Shown here one piece after another: positions 24,110 through 36,538 of a stretch of 64,000 nt of DNA (position 1 is the first letter of the stretch; each line of letters starts with the position of its first letter). Source of the stretch: Mytilus californianus. Taxonomy: Eukaryota. A program made the position numbers and the translations under genes. Under the pieces are notes generated by a model that saw only the letters and a program-made list of their open reading frames with translations, had not been told where the DNA came from and made no database searches. The stretch spans positions 48,856,001 through 48,920,000 of the forward strand of contig NW_026262712.1 of the NCBI RefSeq assembly GCF_021869535.1. The letters are read 5' to 3'.

Positions 24110-24540
24110 CTGATATGTCGCCTGCTTTATTGATCTTGATTTAATCTTAAGTTGAGAAAAATCTTTTAGATTAAGGTTTTAATATCCACAGATATCACAA
24201 AAACTTAACATTACAAAGATCCATAAAAGTAAGTAAAGATCATATAACCCCTGCCAGACGGATATATCCACCTTTCAATAATTCCATACACCAAATGTAG
24301 TTAACCTATATTGCTTACAGTATTTGAGAAAAGGACATACTCTCGAAAAACTTAGCATAGACCAATGAATCGTGATATCAGAGTCAGATGAACCCTGCCA
24401 GACGGACATAAAAAATACACATCAAGTATTTGTTATCAATGTTTCAAGCATGCAGGTCTTCTACCTTCTGAAATCTAAAGTATATCGAAATTGTTTTATG
24501 CCGTCGTATCCGCCGCCGGATGAGTAGCAAATGTAATCAT
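24110..24540 (-). mobile_element. Helentron-like non-autonomous element (HINE type) with internal repeat units
   Basis: Repeated GAACCC(C)TGCCAGACGGA units, TCGCCTGCTTT motif and GCCGTCGTATCCGCCGCCGG microsatellite end; similar to 25175-26360. Confidence 0.55.
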
Positions 24541-25174
24541 GCATTATTTGGATTTTAATTTGTCGCAAATGTGACAAAAATAACAGGATCCACCAATACA
24601 AGTAAAATTAACCACACCAACCCTCCGCCGAAAGACATATATGTCAAACAAAGACAAACAACCGTTACAACGAACAACACATTGTTCTGACTTTGTCTTC
24701 CGTCTTTGTTTTTGTCCTTAGGCAGGGTGTTGTCTTTCAATTTTTTCTTTTGTTGTTGTTGTTCTGTTTTTTTTTTTGTGTGTTGGTTTTGTTTTCCTAT
24801 TTAGATTTATTTTGGTGATAACGGCAGAATTTTTCATTGGCTTTTTTATATAAATTTATTCACCACTTGACCAGGCTAAGGACCATTTATAACTTGATAA
24901 ACGGTGAAGTCATTTGTCTGAATTGTTGAATTGTTATTAAAAATGATGACCTCGATATGCGTTCTTGCTTGTGTTTAGCTGCAAGCCTGCAGATTGTTTA
25001 CGCTCACTCCAAATCTTCTTAAATTTCAATCTTCCAGTCATCTTGGGAAAGAATTACAAACGATCCACAACTTAGATCAAGCTATAGCAAATTTTTCATC
25101 GGAAACGAAAAAAAAAATTAAACAATTAAAAGAGTCATTAAATTAACGTTCTAATTTAAATTATTATCATTAAA

Positions 25175-26360
25175 CGACAAGAGTGCAAACGCTGAAATTT
25201 CTCGCCTGCTTTACTTATGATTGAATTTATGTTGTAATTCTGTAATATGAAGGTTTTACAACAAGAACCACATAAACTAAACATTATCAATGATCAAGAA
25301 AAATGAGTTCAAGGTAAGATGAACCATACCCGACAGACATGTACACCTTACATCATTCCAAACACCAAATACAGTGGTCCTATTACTTATAGTATCTGAA
25401 AAACAAAAACTTAACGTTGCCAAATGCACTATGAAAATGAGGTCACGGTCATATGAACCCTGCCAGACAGACATGTTCACCTTATATTCATTCCATACAC
25501 CAAATATCATTGACTTATTGCTTATAGTATCTGATAAACTGACAACACAATGAAAAATTAAAATGAACCAATGAACCATGAAAATGAGGTCAAGGTCATA
25601 TGAAACCTGCCAGACAGACATGACTTTGTACACCTTACAATCATTCCATACACCAAATAAAGATGCCATATTGCTTTCAGTATCTGAGAGAAAAAACCAA
25701 ACCTAAAAAACTAAGCATTGTCCACTAAACCATGAAAATGAGGTCAAAGTAAGATGAAAACCAGTTAGTCAGACATATACACCAAATCAGTGTCGGATCC
25801 AGGGGGAGGGGGGGTTCCGGGGGTTGGAATCCCCTTTTTTTACGATCAATGCTTTTGAATAGGGACATATGGTTGGACCCACCCCCCCCTTTTTATCTTG
25901 GGTTGGGAACCCCCTTTTAAAAATGGCTGGATCCGCCCCTGCAAATATAGTTGACCTATTGCTTGAAGTATCTGATATACGGACTTGACCACGTAAACTT
26001 ATCAATAACCTTGAACAGTGATCCATAAAATGCGGTCAGGTCATGTGAAATCATTCTGACAAAATGAAGCCTTATACCAAATAGTGTTATCCTATTACTT
26101 TTACATGTATCAAGTGAGTATTTCAAATGACAAAAAAACTAGAACTTTTTTTTCAAGCAGTCACTGAAACATGAAAATGAGATAAAAGACAATGGACAAC
26201 AACTTCGCAACATACAGTTTCTGCATACAAGGTATGAAGCATCCAGGACCTCTACCTTCTGAAATAAAAACCTTTATACAAATAGATTACGCCGTCGCCG
26301 TCGCCGTCGCCATCACGCCGGATTGTAATCCTTATGCGACAGGAAAAGTCGAGGTGATCC
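25175..26360 (-). mobile_element. HINE-like element carrying about six 135-150-bp tandem units
   Basis: AAAATGAGGTCA-type anchors near 25302, 25435, 25582, 25735, 26027, 26174; (GCCGTC)3 near the end. Confidence 0.7.
25788..25941. mobile_element. 154-bp MITE
   Basis: TIR CAGTGTCGGATCCAG / CTGGATCCGCCCCTG, flanked by CAAAT on both sides; interrupts ACCAAAT|ATAGTTGACC of the host repeat. Confidence 0.85.
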
Positions 26361-27339
26361 CTGAATTAAATTTTAGTCGCCACGCCGCCCACTCCCTCCC
26401 ACACCCACATGCTCTTTAGACTCTTATGCTTTTAAAGCCAGTTTTGAAATTTTAAATATGAACTATTAGGCTTTAAATTGCAGTAGCAAACTCCTTAAAA
26501 AAATCTTGCTTTCCAAAAAGTATTTTACGGACAGAAAAATGTCATACCTTTAACTTTGTCTCTTCATGTCGAAACTATCAGTCGGCTATAAGATTAAAAA
26601 AAAGTATAGTTACGTGTTTCCTGTCTCTTGGAATGAGAACAATAGGGAGTACTGTATAATTTATGTAGAAAAAACTGGGGTTTTGAAGGGTTGTCTTAGA
26701 TATTTTTGTTCTAAAATTGATTATCAACTTACCTGTTATATATGTTTATCACAAATTCAAGCAAGATATACATGAATGTCCATCCATGTTTATTCTTTTT
26801 AATATTATAAATCATAAATAAAATATAAATCTGAAGTAATCAATCATTTGAACGACTCACTTGACTGAGCAGTTTGAAGAAAACACTTTTATCTTGTTAA
26901 TTAAACGCTGTCAAAATATAATGGGATTGCAGAAGAAATCTAATTAATCAGCTAGATTGGTTAATTGTGTTCTTAATGTTAATTTTAATTTCAAAAACCT
27001 TATAAATGCTGAGTACTTGCCCGAGCCAGTTCATACACAATAAATGTTCAGAAAAACACACATAAATAAATTTACGTGTATCTCCCAAGCGGTGCTTTGC
27101 TTTTGCGCCAATTGGCATTTCATTTGCGCCAAAATACTGTACCAACCAGCAAATACCTATGAGTAAACTTCAGCGAGGACTTACAATGGAAAAATCATGT
27201 TGACGTCACTGCCAAAAAAAAACATCCAAATCGATCAGATTCCTTAGACGAAACTTAATAGAATGCATTAAAAACGTAAGAAATGCAGCTTATATATCTC
27301 TGTCAGACTGATAAGACGAACTTTGGAATATGCAAGTGC

Positions 27340-27550
27340 TGTCAACGTATATTTGTTCCACATAACAGAAGTTCCACTGGAAACTTTGTTATAAACAATG
27401 TCATAATATATGTTCCTGATGGAACAAATATTCTATACCATTTATTCCGTTAGGAACATATACTGTAATATTAATTCCAGTGGAAATAATATTCCAGAAT
27501 ATTTATTCCATTTGGAACTTATATTATGAAGGAAATTCTATTTTGTGACA
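27340..27550. mobile_element. 211-bp MITE inserted in the LINE
   Basis: TGTCA...TGACA ends with GTGC on both sides; removing it restores TAT GCA AGT GCG TCA TGG GAC (YASASWD). Confidence 0.85.
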
Positions 27551-28108
27551 GTGCGTCATGGGACGCTCATACCACCGGGGACGTAAATCGACTAGAGCAA
27601 GACCAGTACAAAGGAGGGCCGCTACGTTTGTAACAAACAACTACACAGACAAAATTCCTGGATGTATCACTAGGATGGGAACCACAACCTTCCAGACGAA
27701 GTAACCATCGACTCGTCATGCTTTACAAGATCCAGCATGGGCTAGTGGACAATGATACCAGTTACATCTTACGCCCAAACGATCGACGTACTAGAGGCAA
27801 ACAACGTTTATACCAACCACCGGCAAACCAGAGAGTTTATAAGTACTCATACTTCCCTCGGGCTATACAAGAGTGGAACCACCTTCCAACAGCTACTACG
27901 GAAGCTCTGACAATAGAAGGGTTCCAGTGTGCACTATCCAACTATAGTGCACCCAAGAAATCAGCACCATAGACAGCAGCCAAATGTACATAGTTTTAAT
28001 TGTATATATCTCGGAACGTTTTATCTCTAAATAGTTAAAGGATAATTGCTGTCTCATTCTCCGTCTAGTGGACTAATTACATTCCAATAGGAATCCAGTC
28101 CTTAGAAA

Positions 28109-28165
28109 GAAGAAGAAGAAGAAGAAGAAGAAGAAGAAGAAGAAGAAGAAGAAGAAGAAGAAGAA
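28109..28165 (+). repeat. (GAA)19 microsatellite, LINE tail
   Basis: Perfect trinucleotide run directly after the LINE 3' UTR. Confidence 0.95.
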
Positions 28166-28852
28166 ATAATCTTTCTTTTCACATACGATACTTCATATGC
28201 GACAAAATAATACATTTCATTTGCACCAAAAATACAGGTAAATAGTATAAATAATAGATCTGTAGTGAAGAGACTTGTAATAATAATGTTCAATCCTGGT
28301 ATCTATGATGAGTTTATTTAAAACACAGTTTTGATAGCATGATATAACATATTCATCTTATATCACATTCATCATGTGAACACTATACAATTTTATACAT
28401 TTCAGTGATTCAGTTTTGTATGAGAAATAAGTGTGAACTAATTTATTTACCCAGTGAGGGGGATACTCCGCAACTTTTCTTATATACGAGCCTTGTATTC
28501 AGGTTACAACTTATATTTAAACGTTTCCGTTATATTTTACCTATAAATTGGCCCAAAAGCAGTATTTATTTTTGGCGTAAATGAAATACAACCCTATGGC
28601 GCACATGAAATATTGGATTTTTCCAAAATTGGCACAAATGCAATGCGCCCCTCCCAAGATAAGTGTGATTTTATAAGATGAGGCATTTCGGCGTGATATT
28701 TTAAATTAATTTACTGTATTATTTATTTTATGTATGTTTCAATGTAAAGGGAAAGTAGTTGTAATACCTTTTTCCAAGAATATTATAAGGTTGGCTTTTA
28801 GTACCCAAGGCAGGTGAAGGAAGTAAACTTTGGAGCATGTGATTGGATATAA

Positions 28853-29056
28853 GAGGGGGATGGGGGTAGAACCTTTTTCTGGACTCCGGGATCGGGTGTT
28901 TTTAAGCTCGGGATTTCGGAATTGATCCTTTCGGGATCCGGGAATTCTTTTTTCGAATTTCGGGATGTCAGGATTTAAATTTTTTTAAATTCGGGACCTC
29001 GGGATTCCATGTTTTCAAGTCCGGGCTTTCGGGATCAGGACCCCTCCTACCCCCTC
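28853..29056. mobile_element. 204-bp MITE with internal TCGGGA repeats
   Basis: TIR GAGGGGGATGGGGG / CCCTCCTACCCCCTC; ATATAA on both flanks. Confidence 0.85.
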
Positions 29057-30478
29057 ATATAAGGGTATAATCTATTTTTTTATTTATTTATGAATATCTG
29101 CAGTGTGTATATTTACAATATAAATCTTGAAACACATTAAAATATTTTCTTGAGAATTATTCGAATTCCAAATTTTAAAAAAATTTGATGTAAATAACGG
29201 TGGTCATGGATACCATAAACAAGCCCCGTTCGAAGTTGGTCATGCTACCATTTGACTCCAATTTCTTAAATAGAATGATAAAGCACTAATACCACACATA
29301 ACTGTTTTATTCAGGTTTTCATTATAAAAAGTGGTACATTTAGAAAATGTTAGTATTGCCGCCTATGGAAGAATAAATACTACCGTTTCCCTAAGAGCAT
29401 GAAAAGAATGCACTCCGCTATAGACAGTATTGGTCAACCAATTGGTATTAAAGTTTTCAATTTAAAAAAAAATCATTAGGAGCCATTATCATGATTATGT
29501 CATAAAACGATTAGGAGATTCCCCAAGAGAATATTGTATACTTATTTGCAACAAGTTACAATGTGAACCACATATATTCATATAATTACATTAACCCCAT
29601 ATTGACACCGGAGTCAAAACACTTATCATCTACTTTAAGTCTTAAACAAATCTTTCTGACAAGTTTTATATAGTAAGATACTTTTTTTTCTGTTTGCCAT
29701 AGAACTTCAGAAGAAAACGGTCTAAAAGATTAAATGACGAAGTCATTATTGTCAGCTATATAATGATGAAATAAATGTCGCACTAAGTTATTGAACCAGC
29801 TGTTTTCTTTCATATACTAGATAAATTATGACGTGTTTGATAAACACGTGACGCGGAAGTATAACGACCTACACTTAAAGTACATAATTCTATATTTTCC
29901 TGTAAGGTATAAGTAGAAAACCAATTGAAACACTTGGCAGTTTAAATTTCATGTAAACAGGTTTTAAACGTTTTCTATGTATAATAAACGTTACCATTCA
30001 TTACTATATTTAAGTCTATAATTTTAGTTTTAAAATTTCCGTTTTTGCATGAAATATCGATCATCCACAATTCGCAAGTTAAACGAGAATACACCAAAAA
30101 TAGGCAAATTTGGGAGTAATGATTACTTGTGTAAAATTGACTCGGTGCTGACCGAATTTGTTCTGAGAGTCTCCCTTTCTTTTCTGCTAACCGCTAACAT
30201 TCACAATATTGCGCTGCTTAAATTCTTTCTTTATGTCAACATCTAAACAAAACGAAAAATCATTTGAACTATGATTCTTGAAACCTTTGGTATAGTCCTT
30301 AACATATTCATTACCATATATATATAGGAACTTGTCATGTATATATATATGTGTGTATCAATCAGGATTTAACCAAATATTCAGCTGTACATCAACTAAT
30401 TGAACTTTACAGCACTATATTAAATTCTTTTGAAAGGAAAGAATTCGATTGCTTTGTATTCTGTTATTTTTCAAAAGC

Positions 30479-30705
30479 ATAAGGGAGCAACCACTTCAAG
30501 GGGGGAATATGGTTTTTTTTCTGAGTCAGAAATTTTTTATTTAGTTTTTCGACGCTATCAATCAAATTATTTTTTTCAAAATTTAACACTATAAGGTATG
30601 GGGGAAATCTGGATTCAGAATATTATTTTTTTATATCTGCTTGATCAGAATTTTTTTTTTTTATCAAATTGGGGATCAGAATTTTTTTTTAGAAAAAAAC
30701 CATAA
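30479..30705. mobile_element. Truncated MITE of the TAAGGG family
   Basis: TAAGGGAGCAACCACTT...GGTTTTTTT start, T-rich repeated core, AAAAAAACCATAAC end; related to 55311-55531. Confidence 0.6.
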
Positions 30706-31469
30706 CACATATTGTTAAAAATGTTTCATGTACCAGACAGTTAACACTGTGTATCATCGCCACCGGAAATTGGGTACTAACGAAGCGGAGAGAAATGGAA
30801 AAAAAAAGTAAACAAGGTAAGAATTCATTCAATTTAAAGCATTTCTACTGATTTGACGAGAGTACCACTTAAGAAATGATTTTCTGATATATAATTCTTT
30901 AAATTATTAGGCCGATAAGTACAAAATTAAGACAAGATTTTGTGTTATACTCAAGAACTTGCCACTTAGTACCTGAAAATTTCGAGGTCGATCGTCCTCT
31001 TTCGCCCCATTGGCAAGATATTCAACTGTTTTTCATTATTTTTCCAGACACTTTTTTTAGATTATTATAGTGTGGCATCATATTTACTGAAATTTGTTGT
31101 CAAAATGATGGTTTTTAAAGAATATAGACCATAAAAAATAAAGTCTAGGGTACGGCAACTTGCTCATGTTGACAAATTTACTGTATGGCAACTTGTTTTC
31201 AACTGTATGGCAACTTGATTAGTTTCAAAATATTTATTTGCCGTCTTTTTAAAGAAAATAAAGTATTAGGTTCAAATATCTAATTATGCATTGATAAAAA
31301 TACAATTCGCTTAACACCATTCAAGATGTATACACAATATAAGGCTTGAACACAGGCCTATTACATCTTTTACATACCTGATGTATATATACAATATGAA
31401 TACGGCATATACAAAAGCTGGCAAATGTTGTAACTTTCGGAAAGACATGTCACTGTTTTACTGACCTGT

Positions 31470-31790
31470 TAGTATGCCCCTGACGTAGCGTTAAATGTTA
31501 CCCATGTCCGTCCGACCCGTCTCTCCCGTCCGTCCAGAAAGTCCCAAAAATTGGTTTCCGTTCTCTAACTATAGTATGCCTTAACCAAATGTTTTAAAAC
31601 TTACACGAAATGCTTATCACCACAAAACACAGATCAAGTTATAAAATGGGTAGCGTCACTGTTACCGTTCTTGAGTTATGCCCTTTTATAAATGAAAAAA
31701 AGATATAAAGCTGTCGTTTCTGTTCTCAAACTTTAGATTGCCTCAACCAAAAGTTTTAACAATACAACATTAGTCAGCATTTGCATATAA
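31470..31790 (+). mobile_element. HINE-like fragment nested in the 4.2-kb element
   Basis: TATGCCCC...(GTCC)n...TTTCCGTTCTCTAAC unit repeated about 170 bp later. Confidence 0.55.
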
Positions 31791-31984
31791 GTGATGAACA
31801 TTTCGGGGTTGGGTTGTGGGTGGAGGGAAGGAAGGAGGTAAGGGCAGGAGAATTTTTCCGCATTGAATATTTAGAACCATTAAGTGAATGAATTCTCTTT
31901 CAACTTTCAAATAAAATGAAATATAAATGAATTATCATTCTCTGCAAAAAAAAAATGTTGTATTGCTACACCACGGCACCATGT

Positions 31985-32235
31985 TAAGGGAGGTTTAAGT
32001 GCTCACAAACATGTTTAACCCCGCCTCAATATATATGTGTCTGTCCCTGGTCAGGAACATGTAATATAGCGGCTGTCGTAAGTTGCTGCCTGACATATTT
32101 GTTTATGATTTTGTCATAAATCAGGCAATTTTGATACGGTATGGGTTTTGTTCATTGTGAAGTGTATAGTAACCAATAGTTGGTCAAATCTATTTCATTT
32201 GGACTTTGTTTGAAAGTCCTCTCACTGAAAACCAT
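31985..32235 (+). mobile_element. Family A fragment nested in the 4.2-kb element
   Basis: AAACATGTTTAACCCCGCC...GTCAGGA...GGGTTTTGTTCATTGT...ATTCCAC. Confidence 0.6.
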
Positions 32236-33699
32236 TCCACGTCTCCTTTTTCAATTAATTTTATTGCCTTATTTGTAAAAAGCAGATACAGTCAATATAT
32301 TAGAATAAAGAACATTAATTTTCTAAAAAAAAACTTCATCTCTATATAGTAAGATATGAGCAAGCTCGGTGGCTAACACTGTTTGAATTTAAAAAAAAAT
32401 ATTAACCTTAGATTAATCATTTTTGGAAAGAATGAAAGAAGAATCCGATACAAGGGATACAAATCCGGCTGTGGCTACGGCATAAACTATTTATATAAAC
32501 TTTCTACTTGAGAATAAAGATGACCTTGTATGAAGTTTTTTTGGTTGTCATCTTAATATTATATATTTATTAATACAATTCACAAAAGCTAGCATCTTCG
32601 ACTTGTAAGTTTAAAGAATTATACTGAAATAACATCTAATAAGGACAGGTTGAAATATTTTTGAATCCTGATGGTGCATGCTCATAAATTCTTTTGGAAA
32701 AATCCACGTAAATTTAAATGTTGATTTGATAGCGTTCATTTATTTATTTGCCCTCGTAAACAGTTTTGTTAAAATACCGAAATCGGTAAATTCCATGCCA
32801 AGAAATTGCCTCCGTTGAAATTTTGCAAACATCCCATAGAGCAAATTACATGGATGATTAATTTTGACCATTTGGTATATGGCTGTGTTTTAAGTGAGAC
32901 GTACACGCGGGTCATAAATTAATTTATTGAATGAAATCAAATCTTTAACTACTAATGGATGCCGTAGGAGGTCGACCGGAATTTTTAGCGAGGATTTCTT
33001 GGCATGTTATCGTGAACGAATAAGTCGGGTACACCTTTTTACATTCAGGCGTGCTTAAGTTGCACTTTTTTCTTCTTATTAAGAAAAATGATTTTATTTC
33101 TAGCATTTATCTAAAGATTAGATTATTTACACACACACAAAAATAGGGATTACTGATTTTGAAACTCTGTGATTGAATTCACATTTATATTCAACCAAAC
33201 AGATAGGCCGAGATCCATACCATTATAAGTTTCAAAACAGAGAAGGTGTGTTTGAAAACAAATAATCACGTACTGCTATATCTTTTAAGGCAAATGCAAG
33301 TCTTACTTGTATTAATTATATAATTTTAATTGGCACAATATCACATTAAAATTTACCGAGAAATATTATACATAGTAATCATGAAAATGTACTACTGTCA
33401 CAATGAAAATTCGGACGAATACACTCCTTTTCACTACCCCTTCATCTACTCATTTAAGTTTAGGCCAAACAGCCTTAGCAACAGTCTTTTATTATTTTTT
33501 CCCTGTAAATAAAAAGATTGATTGAATTTACTTAAACTAAAAAAAAATACAATCTTATTTTCAATAAGAAACAAGAAAATTAATTCGAAACACAATTCAT
33601 GATTTATTTCTCCTAATTTTCAATGAAAACAAAGTATTTTCTTCACTTTTCTTTTAACAAATTATTCATTTCAGAAATTTAAAAAATGAACAATAAACA

Positions 33700-34105
33700 A
33701 TGTTGAAGACCGTACCTTGACCTATAATGGTTTACTTTTATAAATTGTGACTTGGATGGAGAGTTGTCTCATTGGCACTCATACCACATCTTCCTATATC
33801 TATTTAACCCAGCACATTATTTATGATTCTGTCCGAAGTCACGAGCCTGTAGTTTGGTTGTTGTCGTTGGTTCATCTCTATCATATTTGTTGTTTTTCGT
33901 AAATTGTTTTGTTATGAGTTAGGCCGTTAGTTTTCTTGTTGAATCCTTCCACAATTTTCATGTCGGGGCTTTTTATAGCCGACTATAAGGTACGATTTTT
34001 CGTTGTTGAGGGCCAAACGATAGCATATAATTGCTTACGTACACTTTATTTGACCCTGGTGGATAGTTATCTTATTTGCAATCATACAACATCTCCACTG
34101 TTTAT
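33700..34105 (+). mobile_element. Two adjacent family A fragments nested in the 4.2-kb element
   Basis: TGTTGAAGACCGTACCTTGACCTATAAT...CCACATCTTCC followed by GAGCCTGTAG...TTGTTGAGGGCCAAACG...CATACAACATCTCC. Confidence 0.7.
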
Positions 34106-36009
34106 ATTTTTAAAAAAAACCAGCACCAACAAAAGATGAATGGTCGGTTTTTTTTTATTGAACTTACAAAATTTCACCCTGACAACAAATAAGACAACAT
34201 TTTTTAGTATTATAACGATATATGAATGTTTTTTTTAGGATAATATGGTTGAAAAAAACCTTTGTCTTTAAAAACACAAAGTCAAATGAAGGTACGCAAC
34301 GACGACTTCTGAACGAAATTAACGGAATATATTTTATAATATTTGATAAGTAGTTTATTTTGTATATTTGTAAGCCGGTAAAGCTTTGATACAGCCAAAA
34401 TATCGTCACTTGATATTTTCTAAACAGTGATTAATTTCATCTTTAAATTACAATATATTGCAAGACGCCGTACAGACAAAAGTTGTTATTTTGCAATTCG
34501 CCGTACAACGTCCTGCAATTCGCCGTACAATAAACAAACAATGTTTTGGTCTATATTCTTTAAAAACATCTTTATGACAACAAATTTCAGTCAATATGAT
34601 GTCACACTATCATAATCTAAAAACGTGTCTGGAAAAACAATGAAAAACAGTTGAATATCTTGCCAATGGGGCGACAGAGGGCAATCGACCTCGAAATTTT
34701 CAGGTACTAAGTGGCAAGCTTTGGAGTATAACACAAAATAGTGTCTTAATTTTGTACTTATCGGCCTAATAATTTAAAGAATTATGTATCAGAAAATCAT
34801 TTATTAAGCGGTACCCTCGTCAAATCAGTAGAAATGCTTTAAATTCAATGAATTCTTACCTTGTTTACTTTTTTTCCATTTCTCTCCGCTTCGTTAGTAC
34901 CCAATTTCCGGTGGCGATGATACACAGTGGTTAAAGAGTCTTAAGAGAATTAAAATTTAAGATAAACAGACATATTAACTTTAAAAAATTGTATCTAGCC
35001 AGTATTCTGTCTCATCAAAATACAGATCCTGTGTCCAAGCTTCTGAAAACATTCCGTTCTACTTTCTGTTTTAAAAGACCTTTCGAGATCCTCTGGTTTT
35101 GTCGGATTAATATACACCTTCAAGAATTTAAAGGCTGACATTTCATTGGCTGATGTCAATTGATAGTTAAATTACAGAAAAGATATTTCAGTGTGAACAA
35201 ATAATGATGAAACGTAAATGTCTGCTTGTTTGCAACGTGTATACCGTTACACCTAAAGTACCTCTGATATCGTAATTAGCCAATCAAATTACGTGACAGG
35301 TACATAAAGGATAACTGAGGAAAAAAACTGTTTGGGTAGTTCGTTTTAGTTATAAAGATTAATGCATGGTTCATACCAGACAGCAAACTTAACTCTTATG
35401 CATAGAGTACACACTCAAATAGTTCAGCTTTAACAGTAAACAAAACGTTTTAACGTTATAAAATCATTGTATCTAGATATAGCCATCACGTTGGTGCAGG
35501 GCTACAATTGTAAAATTAAAACAAAACACTTAATATTTAGAATATGTTTAAAAACGACTTATTTGAAAACCAACGGGTATTTAAGGAAGAAGACAAAATT
35601 CCATGATCTCAAAGTAGTTTTATGATGTCCTTAGGGAATAAGTTAGTATTTCGATAGTTAGCTACATGTACATGGTGGTATTTCTTCTATACTGATGCGT
35701 GAATGACAATGTTTTCACGGAAAAAAGACAATATCCCATGGCCTCAAAATAAATTGACTTTGATATCCTTAGGGAATAAGGCCTTATTTAGTTAGTTATC
35801 GTTTATACATACTTATTGGTGTAATTGCATCATAAACGGAAAAACGGAAACGAGCTCTATATTTCGAGTATTTAAACCAATATCTGCGGTTGAAACAAGT
35901 ACTCACAAACATTTTATTTATGATTTCTATAAAATTTATAAACACTAAATAAAAACAAGGAAATACATACATGTATTATTGATAAGATATTTCGGAGGGC
36001 AACTGCAGT

Positions 36010-36070
36010 ATGAACATGATTCTAAATCTTTTGATAATTTGTTTCTGTATAAATGTATTTTGTTCTAAAG
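36010..36070 (+). CDS. Gene 2 exon 1 (coding part), signal peptide
   Basis: MNMILNLLIICFCINVFCSK; AG|GTAAGT phase-1 donor; CTGCAG just before the ATG suggests an upstream non-coding exon. Confidence 0.75.
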
Positions 36071-36507
36071 GTAAGTTACATTGTTATCTCTTTTTAATCA
36101 TATTCAAAGTAATTTATTTCGCGAAATCTATCGTTAGAATTCATTTCATTTATCATATTCAACATGTATAGCAATAAGTCGAAGAAAAGAGAAACATAAG
36201 CCAAGATTGGCAAACAAGGTATTCGAATTAAAAGAGATAAGAATGATACACAAGAGACATAAATGTCAGAACTAATGAAACCCTGTAAATTCATAACAAT
36301 AATTAATAGAAGAATGAATTATTTCTCAAATTATTGAGTCTGCGCAACAACAACTACATGTTTCATAATAATTCATGTTTACTAAATATTGTGACCTCAC
36401 AGCTGTACAGTTGTGTTATTTCTATAAATGCTGTATTTTTCTGTATACATATCTTTGTATCAGCATAGGTTTTATCAGAAAAAAACCAACATAAATATGA
36501 TATTAAC

Positions 36508-36538
<31 letters not shown>

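Larger units (their letters stand above)
27138..28165 (+). mobile_element. 5'-truncated, decayed LINE (L2/CR1-group-like RT C-terminus) with a (GAA)n tail
   Basis: SKYL*VNFSEDLQWKNHVDVTAK...FLRRNL...TLEYASASWDAHT...RRAATFVTNNY...MLYKIQHGLVD...YSYFPRAIQEWNHLP, then 3' UTR and GAA repeats. Confidence 0.88.
27090..28650. mobile_element. Non-autonomous DNA transposon with an 8-bp TSD, hosting a LINE
   Basis: CTCCCAAG at 27082-27089 and 28651-28658; imperfect TIR CGGTGCTTTGCTTTTGCGCCAATT / AATTGGCACAAATGCAATGCGCCC. Confidence 0.75.
30745..34929. mobile_element. 4.2-kb non-autonomous DNA transposon with CACTGTG termini, about 385-bp TIRs and a 5-bp TSD (Transib/RAG-like signature)
   Basis: TIRs 30745-31130 and 34548-34929 are highly similar, with about the first 80 nt identical; GTTAA precedes the left end and follows the right end; subterminal GTA(C/T)GGC repeats on both sides; no transposase ORF seen. 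Confidence 0.9.

Noticed and set aside
27718-27972. 84-aa ORF MLYKIQHGLVD as a gene
   Set aside because: C-terminal piece of a 5'-truncated, decayed LINE ORF2.
28102-28293. Poly-Ser ORF on the minus strand
   Set aside because: Antisense reading of the (GAA)19 LINE tail.
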